DNA from: Lingula anatina
Taxonomy: Eukaryota > Animalia > Brachiopoda
Assembly: GCA_051362555.1 (NCBI GenBank)
Contig: CM120641.1
Span: 44,026,401 to 44,090,400 of the forward strand
Direction of reading: 5' to 3'
Length of the DNA: 64,000 nucleotides
The notes under the pieces were generated by a model. The model worked only from the letters and a program-made list of their open reading frames with translations, made no database searches and had not been told where the DNA came from. Position numbers and translations under genes: made by a program. Of this stretch, positions 12,185 to 23,963 are shown piece after piece (position 1 is the first letter of the stretch; every line of letters starts with the position of its first letter).

Positions 12185-15100
12185 TTAACTTCTTACAGTT
12201 GGTCTTGGAATCTGTAATGTGTTTTCTTCATTTTCTATGAACACAGTGTTGTCGTATGCTTTCCCGTTGGGGCAATAATCTGAGGTGTCCGAAAAATCTC
12301 CCATGCGATGAAGATTATCTTTTTCGCTCTGTGGTCGTCTGAAATTGAAAGAAAAATTATGCTGCTAAAATTGAATTCTTGGTGAAAATTTCGCCATGTG
12401 TAATACCTGTGCTAAAAAGCGATAGTTTATTACTCTTGGATGTTCACCCCGTTCCGCAGCCAATCTAAAACTTAAAGAGTGCCTTATAAATGTTACCTTT
12501 TTTTAAAATAAAATAATATGGATATTTTTCCGCTAATTGGACAATTTACCTGATTACGATCATATTTGCACAATCTTGGGACGGTGTCATAAAATATCTT
12601 AAGACTTAAAAGTTGGTCCTGATCTCAAGACTTAAATTTTTGGTCTGCTTCAATGGAGGATAAATTCTTTGATATCCAGTGAAAAAACGTTACTTTCAGT
12701 CATTTTTCACCAATGAAACAGGCGAAATAAGTGCACATTTGCCGTTTTACACTGGATGTTATATAGCCGACTTTCAGTTATTTTGTAAAATCATAAATAA
12801 AATACCTCTGTTTCCGACAAGCAATAGCCACTACTGCGATAAGGACAAGGAGAGCACCGGCGGCAATGGCAGCAACTATTGGCCAATTTACCTCAATCCA
12901 TGACTGAAATAAAGATCAAGACATATGGTTACACGTTCCATCTTCAATCCTCATTTAAAACTTTCAAAAGGTAAATAAACAAGAAATAACATTTATGCAT
13001 CGAATCCTTTCATAAGATTTCTAAACTGTTACTGCACCTTCACAGATGTCACTTACTGGCGGTGATGTAGACGTGACATCAGGATTAACGGCATTAAGTG
13101 TGGAGTTGTCCCCGTTATACACAGTTAAGCCGGCAGGCAGGTCGTTGTTTATCTCTGCACGTATCTCTTCCGCTGACTTATCCTGCAAAGCAGCTCCGAC
13201 CTCGCTCGAAGACACCTGTCGTCCGTTTATGGTCACTTGATAGGACAGTCTGGTCACTTTCTCTCTGTAAAATGGAAACATATCTCATGTCCCTCTTGTA
13301 TTTTAGGAAAATATACACCAATTTGAATGATTCGACAAATTATTTCATATCAGGCAAATAAAATGTGAATTTAGCGTACCCGAGACGGTTAACACCATAT
13401 CTGTAATTATCGTTTTTGTTTTACACAAGAAAGTCGTATAACTTTATGATATGTCATGCACATATACCTAAGAAAAATCTTCACGTAACGAAAACGAAAC
13501 ACAGACATTTAGCTTGGAATAAATAAAATAAATAAATAAGCGATTTACCCTGTGGCGGTGACAAAGGGGCTCGTCTCAAAAGTAACGTCCACGTTGGTGC
13601 CGTTGCCCAGCTGAGTGGAGGCAATAAGCTTCTTGATTGCATCTTGCACACCGGCACTGTTGGTATCTGTAACTTCCCCAGTAAGGAATATCACAGTACC
13701 TGCAATAAAAGCAACTATTGTTATTTCATCATGATAAAAAAGTGCGTAGGTATATCATGTACTTAACAAACATAATCTGCATTTAGCAAGAACAAAATGA
13801 AGCTATATAAAAAATCAGCACAATTAAGTGAGATTTCCAAATTTTGATACTTGGTGTTTTAAAGTAATTTTTTATCGGAGAAAAATGTAGAAGAAATATT
13901 CATGAGCATTTTAAAACACTTACTCGGAATTGCTTTGGTAGTTTCTTGGCTCTTTGGTGTCGTCACGATCACTGTGGAGGTGGGCATCGCTTTTGAAGTC
14001 CCCGGATCAGTGACCTTAAGTGATGTCGTTGTTGTTTGTGATTTGGCACTTGCAGTTGTTGAAGGACTTTCAGTGGTCATTCCGGCTGTCATTCCGGCAG
14101 TATTGTATGTTTTTGTTGGTTTGCCTGACGTCGTAGAACTGGTACTGATGACGGATGGCGATGTTGTTGTTTGTACACTAGCTGCCGTAGAGCTTTTTCC
14201 TTTTGTTGGTGTTTCTGACGTCCTAACATCTGTAATGGTTGGTGACGTGTTCAATGTTTGTGTTTTACCCGTTGTAATAGTGGTATCAGCGCCCTTTGGT
14301 ATTTCTGTCGTCTCTCTTTCTGTTGTCAATGATTCCGTTGTCGCAATTGGTGTTTTTGTTGTTTGTCTCTTTGAAGATGTAGAAGTGGCAGATCCCGTGG
14401 TCATCGCTGCTGCAGATATGGTGCCAGTGGTTTCAGGTGGCGCAGCCGAAGTCGTCTGTGGCGATCCAGTTGCTTGTGATTTAGATGTGCGTTCTGTGGC
14501 ATTAACTGACATAACTGCTGTCGTCTCTGTCATCCCTGTCGATGTCACTGTCTCCCTAGATAATGTCGGTGTTGGTGAAGTTGCTGTTGACACAGGTTCC
14601 GTTGGAACACTGGTTATGTAAACAGATTTGTCCGCTGTTACCGTGTCAGCAGAAAATGGTTCTGTAGTGACTACTGAGGTACGCTTTTCGGTTGTTGCCG
14701 GCGATTCTGTCGTTAAAGGCGTATGACAAAACTGCCCCGTATAACCTGGTGGACAATGACAGGTGAAGTTGGTGATTCCGTCTATACAGGTGGCACCATT
14801 TTGACAGGTATTATTAACACAATCATCGATGTTGGTTTCACAAGACTGTCCCGTATAACCTGGTGGACACTGACAGGTGAAGTTGGTGATTCCGTCTACA
14901 CAGGTGGCACCATTTTTACAGGTATTATTAACACAATCATCGATGTTGGTTTCACAAGATTGTCCCGTAAAACCTGGTGGACACTGACAGGTGAAGTTGG
15001 TGATTCCGTCTACACAGGTGGCACCATTTTTACAGGTATTATTAACACAATCATCGATGTTGGTTTCACAAGACTGTCCCGTATAACCTGGTGAACATTG

Positions 15101-18100
15101 ACAGGTGAAGTTGGTGATTCCGTCTACACAAGTGGCACCATTTTTACAGGTATTATTAACACAATCATCGATGTTGGTTTCACAAGATTGTCCCGTATAA
15201 CCTGGTGGACACTGACAGGTGAAGTTGGTGATTCCGTCTACACAAGTGGCACCATTTTTACATGTATTATTAACACAATCATCGATGTTGGTTTCACAAG
15301 ACTGTCCCGTATAACCTGGTGGACACTGACATGTGAAGTTGGTAATTCCGTCTACACAAGTGGCACCATTTTTACAAGTATTATTAACACAATCATCGAT
15401 GTTGGTTTCACAAGATTGTCCCGTATAACCTGGTGGACACTGACAGGTGAAGTTGGTGATTCCGTCTACACAAGTGGCACCATTTTTACAGGTATTATTA
15501 ACACAATCATCGATGTTGGTTTCACAAGACTGTCCCGTATAACCTGGTGGACACTGACAGGTGAAGATGGCGATTCCGTCTACGCAAGTGGCACCATTTT
15601 GACAGGTATTATTAACACAATCATCGATGTTGGTTTCACAAGACTGTCCCGTATAACCTGGTGAACATTGACAGGTGAAGTTGGTGATTCCGTCTACACA
15701 AGTGGCACCATTTTCACAGGTATTATTAACACAATCATCGATGTTGGTTTCACAAGACTGTCCCGTATAACCTGGTGGACACTGACAGGTGAAGTTGGTG
15801 ATTCCGTCTACACAAGTGGCACCATTTTTACAAGTATTATTAAGACAATCATCGATGTTGGTTTCACAAGATTGTCCCGTATAACCTGGTGGACACTGAC
15901 ATGTGAAGTTGGTGATTCCGTCTACACAAGTGGCACCATTTTCACAGGTATTATTAACACAATCATCGATGTTGGTTTCACAAGACTGTCCCGTATAACC
16001 TGGTGGACACTGACAGGTGAAGATGGTGATTCCGTCTACACAAGTGGCACCATTTCGACAGGTATTATTAACACAATCATCGATGTTGGTTTCACAAGAC
16101 TGTCCCGTATAACCTGGTGGACACTGACAGGTGAAGTTGGTGATTCCGTCTACACAAGTGGCACCATTTTTACAGGTATTATTAACACAATCATCGATGT
16201 TGGTTTCACAAGACTGTCCCGTATAACCTGGTGGACACTGACATGTGAAATTGGTGATTCCGTCTACACAAGTGGCACCATTTTTACAAGTATTATTAAC
16301 ACAATGATCGATGTTGGTTTCACAAGATTGTCCCGTAAAACCTGGTGAACATTGACAGGTGAAGTTGGTGATTCCGTCTACACAAGTGGCACCATTTTCA
16401 CAGGTATTATTAACACAATCATCGATGTTGGTTTCACAAGACTGTCCCGTATAACCTGGTGGACACTGACAGGTGAAGTTGGTAATTCCGTCTACACAAG
16501 TGGCACCATTTTTACAAGTATTATTAACACAATCATCGATGTTGGTTTCACAAGACTGTCCCGTATAACCTGGTGGACACTGACAGGTGAAGTTGGTGAT
16601 TCCGTCTACACAAGTGGCACCATTTCGACAGGTATTATTAACACAATCATCGATGTTGGTTTCACAAGACTGTCCCGTATAACCTGGTGGACACTGACAG
16701 GTGAAGTTGGTGATTCCGTCTACACAAGTGGCACCATTTTTACAGGTATTATTAACACAATCATCGATGTTGGTTTCACAAGATTGTCCCGTATAACCTG
16801 GTGGACACTGACATGTGAAATTGGTGATTCCGTCTACACAAGTGGCACCATTTTTACAAGTATTATTAACACAATGATCGATGTTGGTTTCACAAGATTG
16901 TCCCGTAAAACCTGGTGAACATTGACAGGTGAAGTTGGTGATTCCGTCTACACAAGTGGCACCATTTTCACAGGTATTATTAACACAATCATCGATGTTG
17001 GTTTCACAAGACTGTCCCGTATAACCTGGTGGACACTGACAGGTGAAGTTGGTAATTCCGTCTACACAAGTGGCACCATTTTCACAGGTATTATTAACAC
17101 AATCATCGATGTTGGTTTCACAAGACTGTCCCGTATAACCTGGTGGACACTGACAGGTGAAGTTGGTGATTCCGTCTACACAAGTGGCACCATTTTCACA
17201 GGTATTATTAACACAATCATCGATGTTGGTTTCACAAGATTGTCCCGTATAACCTGGTGGACACTGACATGTGAAGTTGGTGATTCCGTCTACACAAGTG
17301 GCACCATTTTTACAGGTATTATTAACACAATCATCGATGTTGGTTTCACAATGTGTACCTGTAAATCCGGTTGAGCAATTACAGGTGTACATATTGATAA
17401 AATCCTGGCACGTTCCATTGTTCTGACATGGGTTACTGCCACATTCATCAATATCAGACTCACAGAGCTGCCCTGTGTATCCATCGCTACAAACGCAGCT
17501 GAACCCATTTATGCCATCCTGGCATGTGGCGTTATTTTGGCATGTGGCGTTGAGACAGTCGTCAATGTCCGTCTGGCACTGTGTGCCTGTGAATCCTGCC
17601 ATACACTGACACTGATAGGAGTCAACGCCGTCCACACACGTGGCGTTATTATAGCAAAGATCGACAGCACAGTCGTCAATGTTCGTCTCACAAATTGTCC
17701 CGGTGAAACCACTGGGACACTGACATGTAAACGCGTTTATTTCATCCTGACAAGTCCCACTGTTAACACACGGGTTGCTGTCACATTCATTGATATCAGT
17801 TTCACACAGGGTCCCCGTGAATCCCCCGGGACAGTCACATGTGAATCCATTGATGCCGTCCTGACACGTGGCATTATTCTGACACGGACTGCTGGCACAT
17901 TCATCAATGTTAACCTGGCAGAGAACTCCGGTATAACCAGGGGCACACTGGCACGTGTAGGCATTCACCCCATCCAGACAAGTGGCGCCGTTCTGACAGG
18001 GACCGCTGGCACATTCATTAATGTTGGTCTCGCAGTTAACTCCCGTGTATCCGGGGGGACACTGACACGTGTAGAAGTTAATGTTGTCTTGACATGTTCC

Positions 18101-21027
18101 ACCATTATTACAAGGGTTGCTGGCACATTCGTTTATGTTAGTGGCACAATCTGCCCCTGTGTATCCTATAAGTAAATATAGCAAAAGATATTTTGGGTAT
18201 TTTTAAATGTACTTGATACTGGAGTTTCAAAGCATGCTTTGATTTCGATGTAACATAAGTGCTCTAATATCTTTACTACATTGTTTTCATTCTCAGCATC
18301 AGGTGTATATAGTAAATAGTTGAAAAAGAACTTCTTTGAGAATATGGCCAAAATGGTTATTTAAATGAATGTTTACTTTCTTCTTTTACCTTTTTACAAC
18401 ATAGATATTGAATTTAAGTTAATATATTTCTAAGTTATGATATTTCTATTGGCACATTGTCGCCTCGGTGCATTCTCACATTCTCACCTGGATCACAGTA
18501 AACTTTGACCTGCAGTGTAACCCTATTGCAAAGAAGAACGCAGAAATTATCATTATACCATTGCAAAAATCGACAAAAGGTAATATAAAACTGATTACTT
18601 AACAGACACATATCAAATGCTTTTTACTAGATGATAAGGTAAGCATGCTATTTGAAGATTTTTATTTTTGACAGATATATATACGTAGTTGTGCTTAAAG
18701 GTTTTAGAACAAAGACTATGTCCCTGGTGAGGGTACAAGTATATCTTAGTAATTATGACATTAATTTAAAAATACCAAGAATTATATTGACATACGATGT
18801 GGGTTCCGTTCCTCTAGTTCCCTGCAAGGACGCTGAGGTCCAGGATGCAACGTTCTCACTGGGGGCGGCGGCTGTTGTGATGGTCGTCTGCAAGAAGTCA
18901 ATAGGGTCGTCGCCTCCGGATGGGCCTCCATCTAAATCCTTTACATCCACTTTTAATTTGAAAGACCCCTAAAATGGCACATTTCATTTGCAAAAATGAA
19001 TGTATTTATATTAAATAAAAAAGCAATATAGCTTTTCATAGACAAATGTAGCTCCGTGACTTTCTTAATGTCGTCTTGCAGAGTATATCATATCAGTTTA
19101 TATGGCATTAATAGATATGCTGTATGGTTTCCTCTGTATACATGTTGTTTACTGAACTAAGGAACTGTTTTACAAGAGACATTTCTCTCAAGCTGTACTA
19201 CTAAACATGCAATCTTTCAAGAATTAAGTGAGTACACTTACCGGCCATGAGGTAATATCTGCAACAAAAGGATCTTTGAATCCATTTTCATTTCTAAAAT
19301 TTATGTCATTGCTCTTTAAATCTCCCCGATATCCAAAGGATCCGTAAGCACATGAATCCATGGAATTAGATCTAGAATTAATATAATACAAAATTTGTAT
19401 ATTCTAATCTGTTTTCCACTTGGAAAAAAACTGCAATCTCAGTCGGATTTAATTATGTTCACGCCGAAAGAAAACGAAGTATGGTTTGTTGCAACAAGGC
19501 AAAATTACTCCTGATTTGATAGCTTGCGAGCAGCCAAATGTATTTAGTAATACTAAGTCGCTGGTTTTCATGGTTGTGCTCATCAATCGATATTCATTCT
19601 TATGTCTCCGCTTTTATCCTTAATTTCAATTTAGTTGACATGAAATAAAAGTATTTAAACAATATAAGTTTGTCGCTTTTTAACAAGATGCTACATGTAA
19701 CAACGTTATTCAGCAGTATTGTAGGGTCGTTACCCATACGCACAGCAACAAGAACGTGACTCATACGTATCGTAAATGAGAAGAGGCAATTAAACGTAAA
19801 TTATAATAAAACAAACAAAACAAAGACGATTCAACCTTTTTCAGTCAGACCTATATATTCTATCTCGATGGTTAACCCCTAGAGTGGGCAGCTCTTTGGC
19901 AGCATTCATCAATATTCGTTCTTTTTTCCTGTTATTGTTAATTCTGTTTAACTTAATGTAAAATGTAAGTTATTGGTTCAGAAATCAACAATCAACTTTT
20001 AAAATTACTATCACTCTTTTTAGCTTATCAAAATCAATAAGCAATATATAATTATAGAATGGTAGGGAATGTAGACTTTTGTCAGAATAACTTATTTATC
20101 ATTTTACTCCAAAACCTACCCACTGCTGCCGTCAAAGCACAACTTAAACGCCGTATCACAAGGGTCCACATTGCACCAGAATGTCAGAACACTGTCGCAG
20201 CACCGTCCATTCGCACCTTTATAATTTTGATTCTTGAAGGTAAGCAGCTGCACTGCTATCTTACCAGTAGCGCCAACAGTCGTTAACAACTAAAAAATTA
20301 AGAAGATATTTAAAGAATAAAGTGTATCTTTCTATACGGTTATGCCAAATAACTGAACAGGATACCATTCGATGTGTAATAATAGAGAAAAAAGTAATTA
20401 TCTGCGTTTAGTTCCCAACAAGGACACCTGACTCACGATCAGCAATGCAAAGAATAATACTGTATTGAAAACAGTTGCACAATGCATCATCTTATTCTAT
20501 ACATTTAACTGGAAAATCAAAGGTAAGTACCATCGTTGAAAAAAGTAATTTTTGTTTTATTTAGCATCTACAATATAAGACTAAACTACCATTTCATCGA
20601 TACAATGTGTATATTTATGAATAACACGTTTAAACAGTTAGAGTAAAAGATGAACATTTCTAAATGTCACACACATGAGTTTTGAAAGATCCATTCATGA
20701 TTAACTTATTTAAATGCCTGCTTTCGCTCGAACGCACGCATGCATGCACATGCTGTGTGAGCTGCTGTTTGGGTTGGTGGAATTCCTTTCAAACATTATC
20801 TTGTTAGTAATATGGAAATCTACCAACACACTTATTTCCTGTAAACCCAAATCGAGACACGACTAAAGGCGACGTGAAAGAGAATCTTCTGCTTTGCACG
20901 ATAATATGTACATGTAATTGAAAACACACATTCACATTTCAGTAATACTATTTTTAAAAGAAAAAAAATGGAAAAAATCACCTACCTCCAGCCAGCAAAC
21001 GAAAAGTAACAACCATTTATATGTCAT
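12185..21027 (-). CDS. Type-I membrane Delta-like protein (~1800 aa): signal, C2(MNNL), 2-Cys DSL remnant, 30 EGF, mucin stalk, SEA-like module, TM, short tail; exons 21027-20986, 20289-20120, 19371-19242, 18968-18796, 18522-18488, 18165-13924, 13699-13549, 13264-13057, 12903-12806, 12338-12185
   Basis: MTYKWLLLFVCWLE|LLTTVGATGKIAVQLLTFKNQNYKGANGRCC..CDTAFKLCFD..CAYGS..DPFVADITSWP|GSFKLKVDVKD..VKVYCDP|GYTGADC. Seven diverse and 23 homogenised calcium-binding EGFs follow, then a T/S/P-rich region. TM is WPIVAAIAAGALLVLIAVVAIAC-RKQRR and the tail ends YDNTVF...LQIPRPTVRS*. All introns are GT-AG and exons sum to 5403 nt. Confidence 0.9.
14723..17344 (-). repeat. Coding tandem array: 23 x 114 bp, each unit one cbEGF (TNIDDCVNNTCxNGATCVDGITNFTCQCPPGYTGQSCE)
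   Basis: 2622 nt = 23 x 114. Units are near-identical even at synonymous sites. Variant units recur at 570-bp (5-unit) spacing. Confidence 0.95.
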
Positions 21028-22462
21028 TTTTCCTAAAGTTCTGCAGCTAGATCGTTGGATATTTCCTTCTTTTTGTATGATAACGCCGTGCTTAGTGAGT
21101 CCTTATCACGTGCAATCCAGTTAGAAATGAAACAAAATATAGTTTCTTACTCCCTAAGTTTGTCACCGTATGTGTGTCTGAAGTTTGGATAAACAGGCTT
21201 CACTTAAACTCTTTTGCAACTGAGATCCATGTTAAAACCGACTTGTCTTATTTCAGGTAAAAATATATTATTTTTGGCAAAAAAAATTGCCTCACTGTCT
21301 CGCTGCTTTTTGTACCACTCTCGTAGAAGTCTTCTCAGAAGGGATCAGTTTGGCATATACCTGTTGCACTCACAATGACATTCCTACTATCTCACAGAGT
21401 GGATCAACTGAGTGCCCCCTTTATCAGTTCTCAATTCTATTTGTTGACCTATCTATGGCCAAGCCCGGTGACTACCAACCTCGCCTGACATCTGACGTTA
21501 CTCATAAGACTAGCTCATTGCACCTCCCATTTCTCTTCCGATGTGATATTCCCACTTAATCCAGGGATAAAACAGTCAAGTGAATTGTTTTCTTATTTTA
21601 TAAAGTACGTTGTAGCTAGTCGACCTCTACCTGTTCAACGTGTTGTCTTTGAACGATATTCATAACGTTAACGTCTCGCACGCAATAATGTTATTTATGC
21701 CCTGTAGCAGATAGAATGGTTCACTTTTAAGTCCTGCCCAAGTGCTCACATATCTATGTGATGATACTATTTACACTTCTGTTATTAGGCGGTTAATTTT
21801 TATCTTGCCAACATTAAGCAAAGAAGAGAGGATTTTTTTTTTGAAGAGAAAAGATTGTAAAATTTATTATCAAGCTTAAGGATGTCATATTTTATAACTT
21901 AAGCAAAATACGGTGATCAGGGGGAGTAAATTAAAGAAACTAGTAATAATAAGACAGCAATAAGCTGGATTGTTATATCATAAAATTAAGTTTATATCTA
22001 ACTCTTCCTCAATTCCGGGCAACCGCAAAGCGTTCACTGATTAAATAGAGTAAATTGACCCCCAAACAATGTGTACTCTCCTTTTGTCCCAGTCTTCACT
22101 TTTTTCCCGAAATTAAAATAACAACATTAAGAAAATTTCTGAATAGTATCCTTTCTGTCTTAACCACGAATATAAAAAAAAATATTTCAGCCATTCCAAT
22201 CAATATCAATACGCCCGACATTCGTCTCTTCATTGCTAGGGCAGGAACGGAAACCCGTCCTTCCTGTGTTTGTTTAAGGGTATGTTGATAGCGTTGCGAC
22301 ATCATGGGTCGTGTTGACACTGCAGTAATCGGCATGTTTGCGTTTGATGACAGCATTGCTTGAACAAAATAGGGGAGTGTGACTCGGGTGACGGTGCACT
22401 CAACCCCTTTTTCTTCGAAAACTGATAGTCAACTCTTATGTTCTAAGAAAATGGAGGCACAC

Positions 22463-22465
<3 letters not shown>

Positions 22466-22510
<45 letters not shown>
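22466..22510. repeat. (GA)n microsatellite
   Basis: Uninterrupted GA run. Other microsatellites lie at 582-636, 2370-2443, 23928-23958, 41884-41935, 57063-57098, 57635-57658 and 62601-62630. Confidence 0.9.
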
Positions 22511-22514
<4 letters not shown>

Positions 22515-23924
22515 TTATCTACCAAATAATGTTTCTTACCAAACAATGTTTCTTTGAGTTACACATCTGTAATATTAGTAATAAATTCAACACATTTATC
22601 CTAGACATTCGTTTCTTATGTCTGAATTGAGATATTTTGTCATTGAACGAATACTGATTGAAATTCATCGCATGTGACATGCACGGTGTTGCCTCTCATT
22701 TCCATAAAACCAGAATAAAACATACACCCAGAATTAATGTCGTTTATGTATCTACATATACATAAAATAATATAAATGTCTTCACAAACTACTTAAATAA
22801 TGGTTCTCTCTATGTGTCTTCTCTCAATAACAAACAACCCTTGTAAATGGGTTAAAAACAATCGCGATGTCTATCTGTAAGGTCATGCTAACTTTGCTCC
22901 CACTTGATTCATATTGCATACCGTTACGTTGTTATGAGGACCGATCATGCAAGCCACGGGGCGCTTTCATAAGAACTTTAGACCGAAAGTTGGCTAAACT
23001 TCAAGGCCGAAAAAATTTTCTACTGAAATAATGTTTTGTTGGTCTTAAATATTAGTAATTTCTTCCCTTTTTTCACAAGAGACATAATATTTCATCTATG
23101 TAGACTGCTACTGTCTTAACTTGGGTCAAATTTAATAAAATTAATAGTCTGAAATTTGAGATCAACTTTCGGTTTAAAGTTACTTTGTGGAATCGTGTTC
23201 AGAAGGTAATAATGTCGTGGCGCGCCTGCCACCACTCCCCTTGTATATTCAGAGATATACATGAAAATAATAATAAAACTACAGCCCCTTATATGTTTCT
23301 CTAAACATTCAAAAATGATGTACAAATGCAAATTTACACAACCAGTTCGTTTTCCTATAGATTCCATGTGTATTTCACACTTTATAGGGCTGTCTGAATA
23401 CCGTATGTTCTGCTTGTGCAATTTAAATTATATACGAAGTTTTTCATGTTAAAGCATCGTATTTTATTTCTCCGTGACTTCACGATTTGCATTTACTTCT
23501 TAACGCAATTCATGTTTACGTAACTCAAGTTTATACTTAAACAACTTATGTGCATGTTAAAAGTCGTTCTTGAATATTGCATAATAAATGTTGTAAACAG
23601 CCAATTTGCCATTTTTCCTTTTTTTCGTCACAAACAAGAAAATAGGGGGGAAGTCATGGATACGTGTGAATTAAACAACGGAATAAATAACCTCCAAAAC
23701 TGATCGTTTGTTTCAAATCTTAATTGTAACAAACAGTATCTAGTACTAATATATGTATTATTGGTGTGAAGTACCCCCCCCCCGGACCACCTCAACTATG
23801 GATTAATTAATACACCCTGAAATGTTCTGGAATAGGTGTAACAAGCCACAAGAATGCAAATTTGGTGATTAACGTGTAAATTAAACACGGTCCGCCAAAA
23901 GCAGAGCGTGAACCACGCCTCTGT

Positions 23925-23963
<39 letters not shown>

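Noticed and set aside
14723-17344. Regularly spaced repeats resembling a CRISPR array
   Set aside because: There are no unique spacers; the whole 114-bp unit repeats in frame as EGF coding sequence in a eukaryotic gene.
13902-18175. Long + strand ORFs (123-239 aa) with repeating TGEVGDSVYTSGTIF motifs
   Set aside because: Antisense shadows of the EGF array and mucin exon; they have no independent start, splice or domain evidence.
13859-18184. Calling the 1441-aa ORF Notch, Crumbs or fibropellin, or treating it as a single-exon gene
   Set aside because: It is one internal exon (18165-13924). The spliced protein has no LNR/ankyrin, laminin-G, CUB or avidin domain and begins with a Delta-type C2 domain.
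21287-21559. 90-aa ORF and GC-richer patch upstream of the membrane gene
   Set aside because: No recognisable domain on either strand; it may be a decayed repeat but I cannot support a call.
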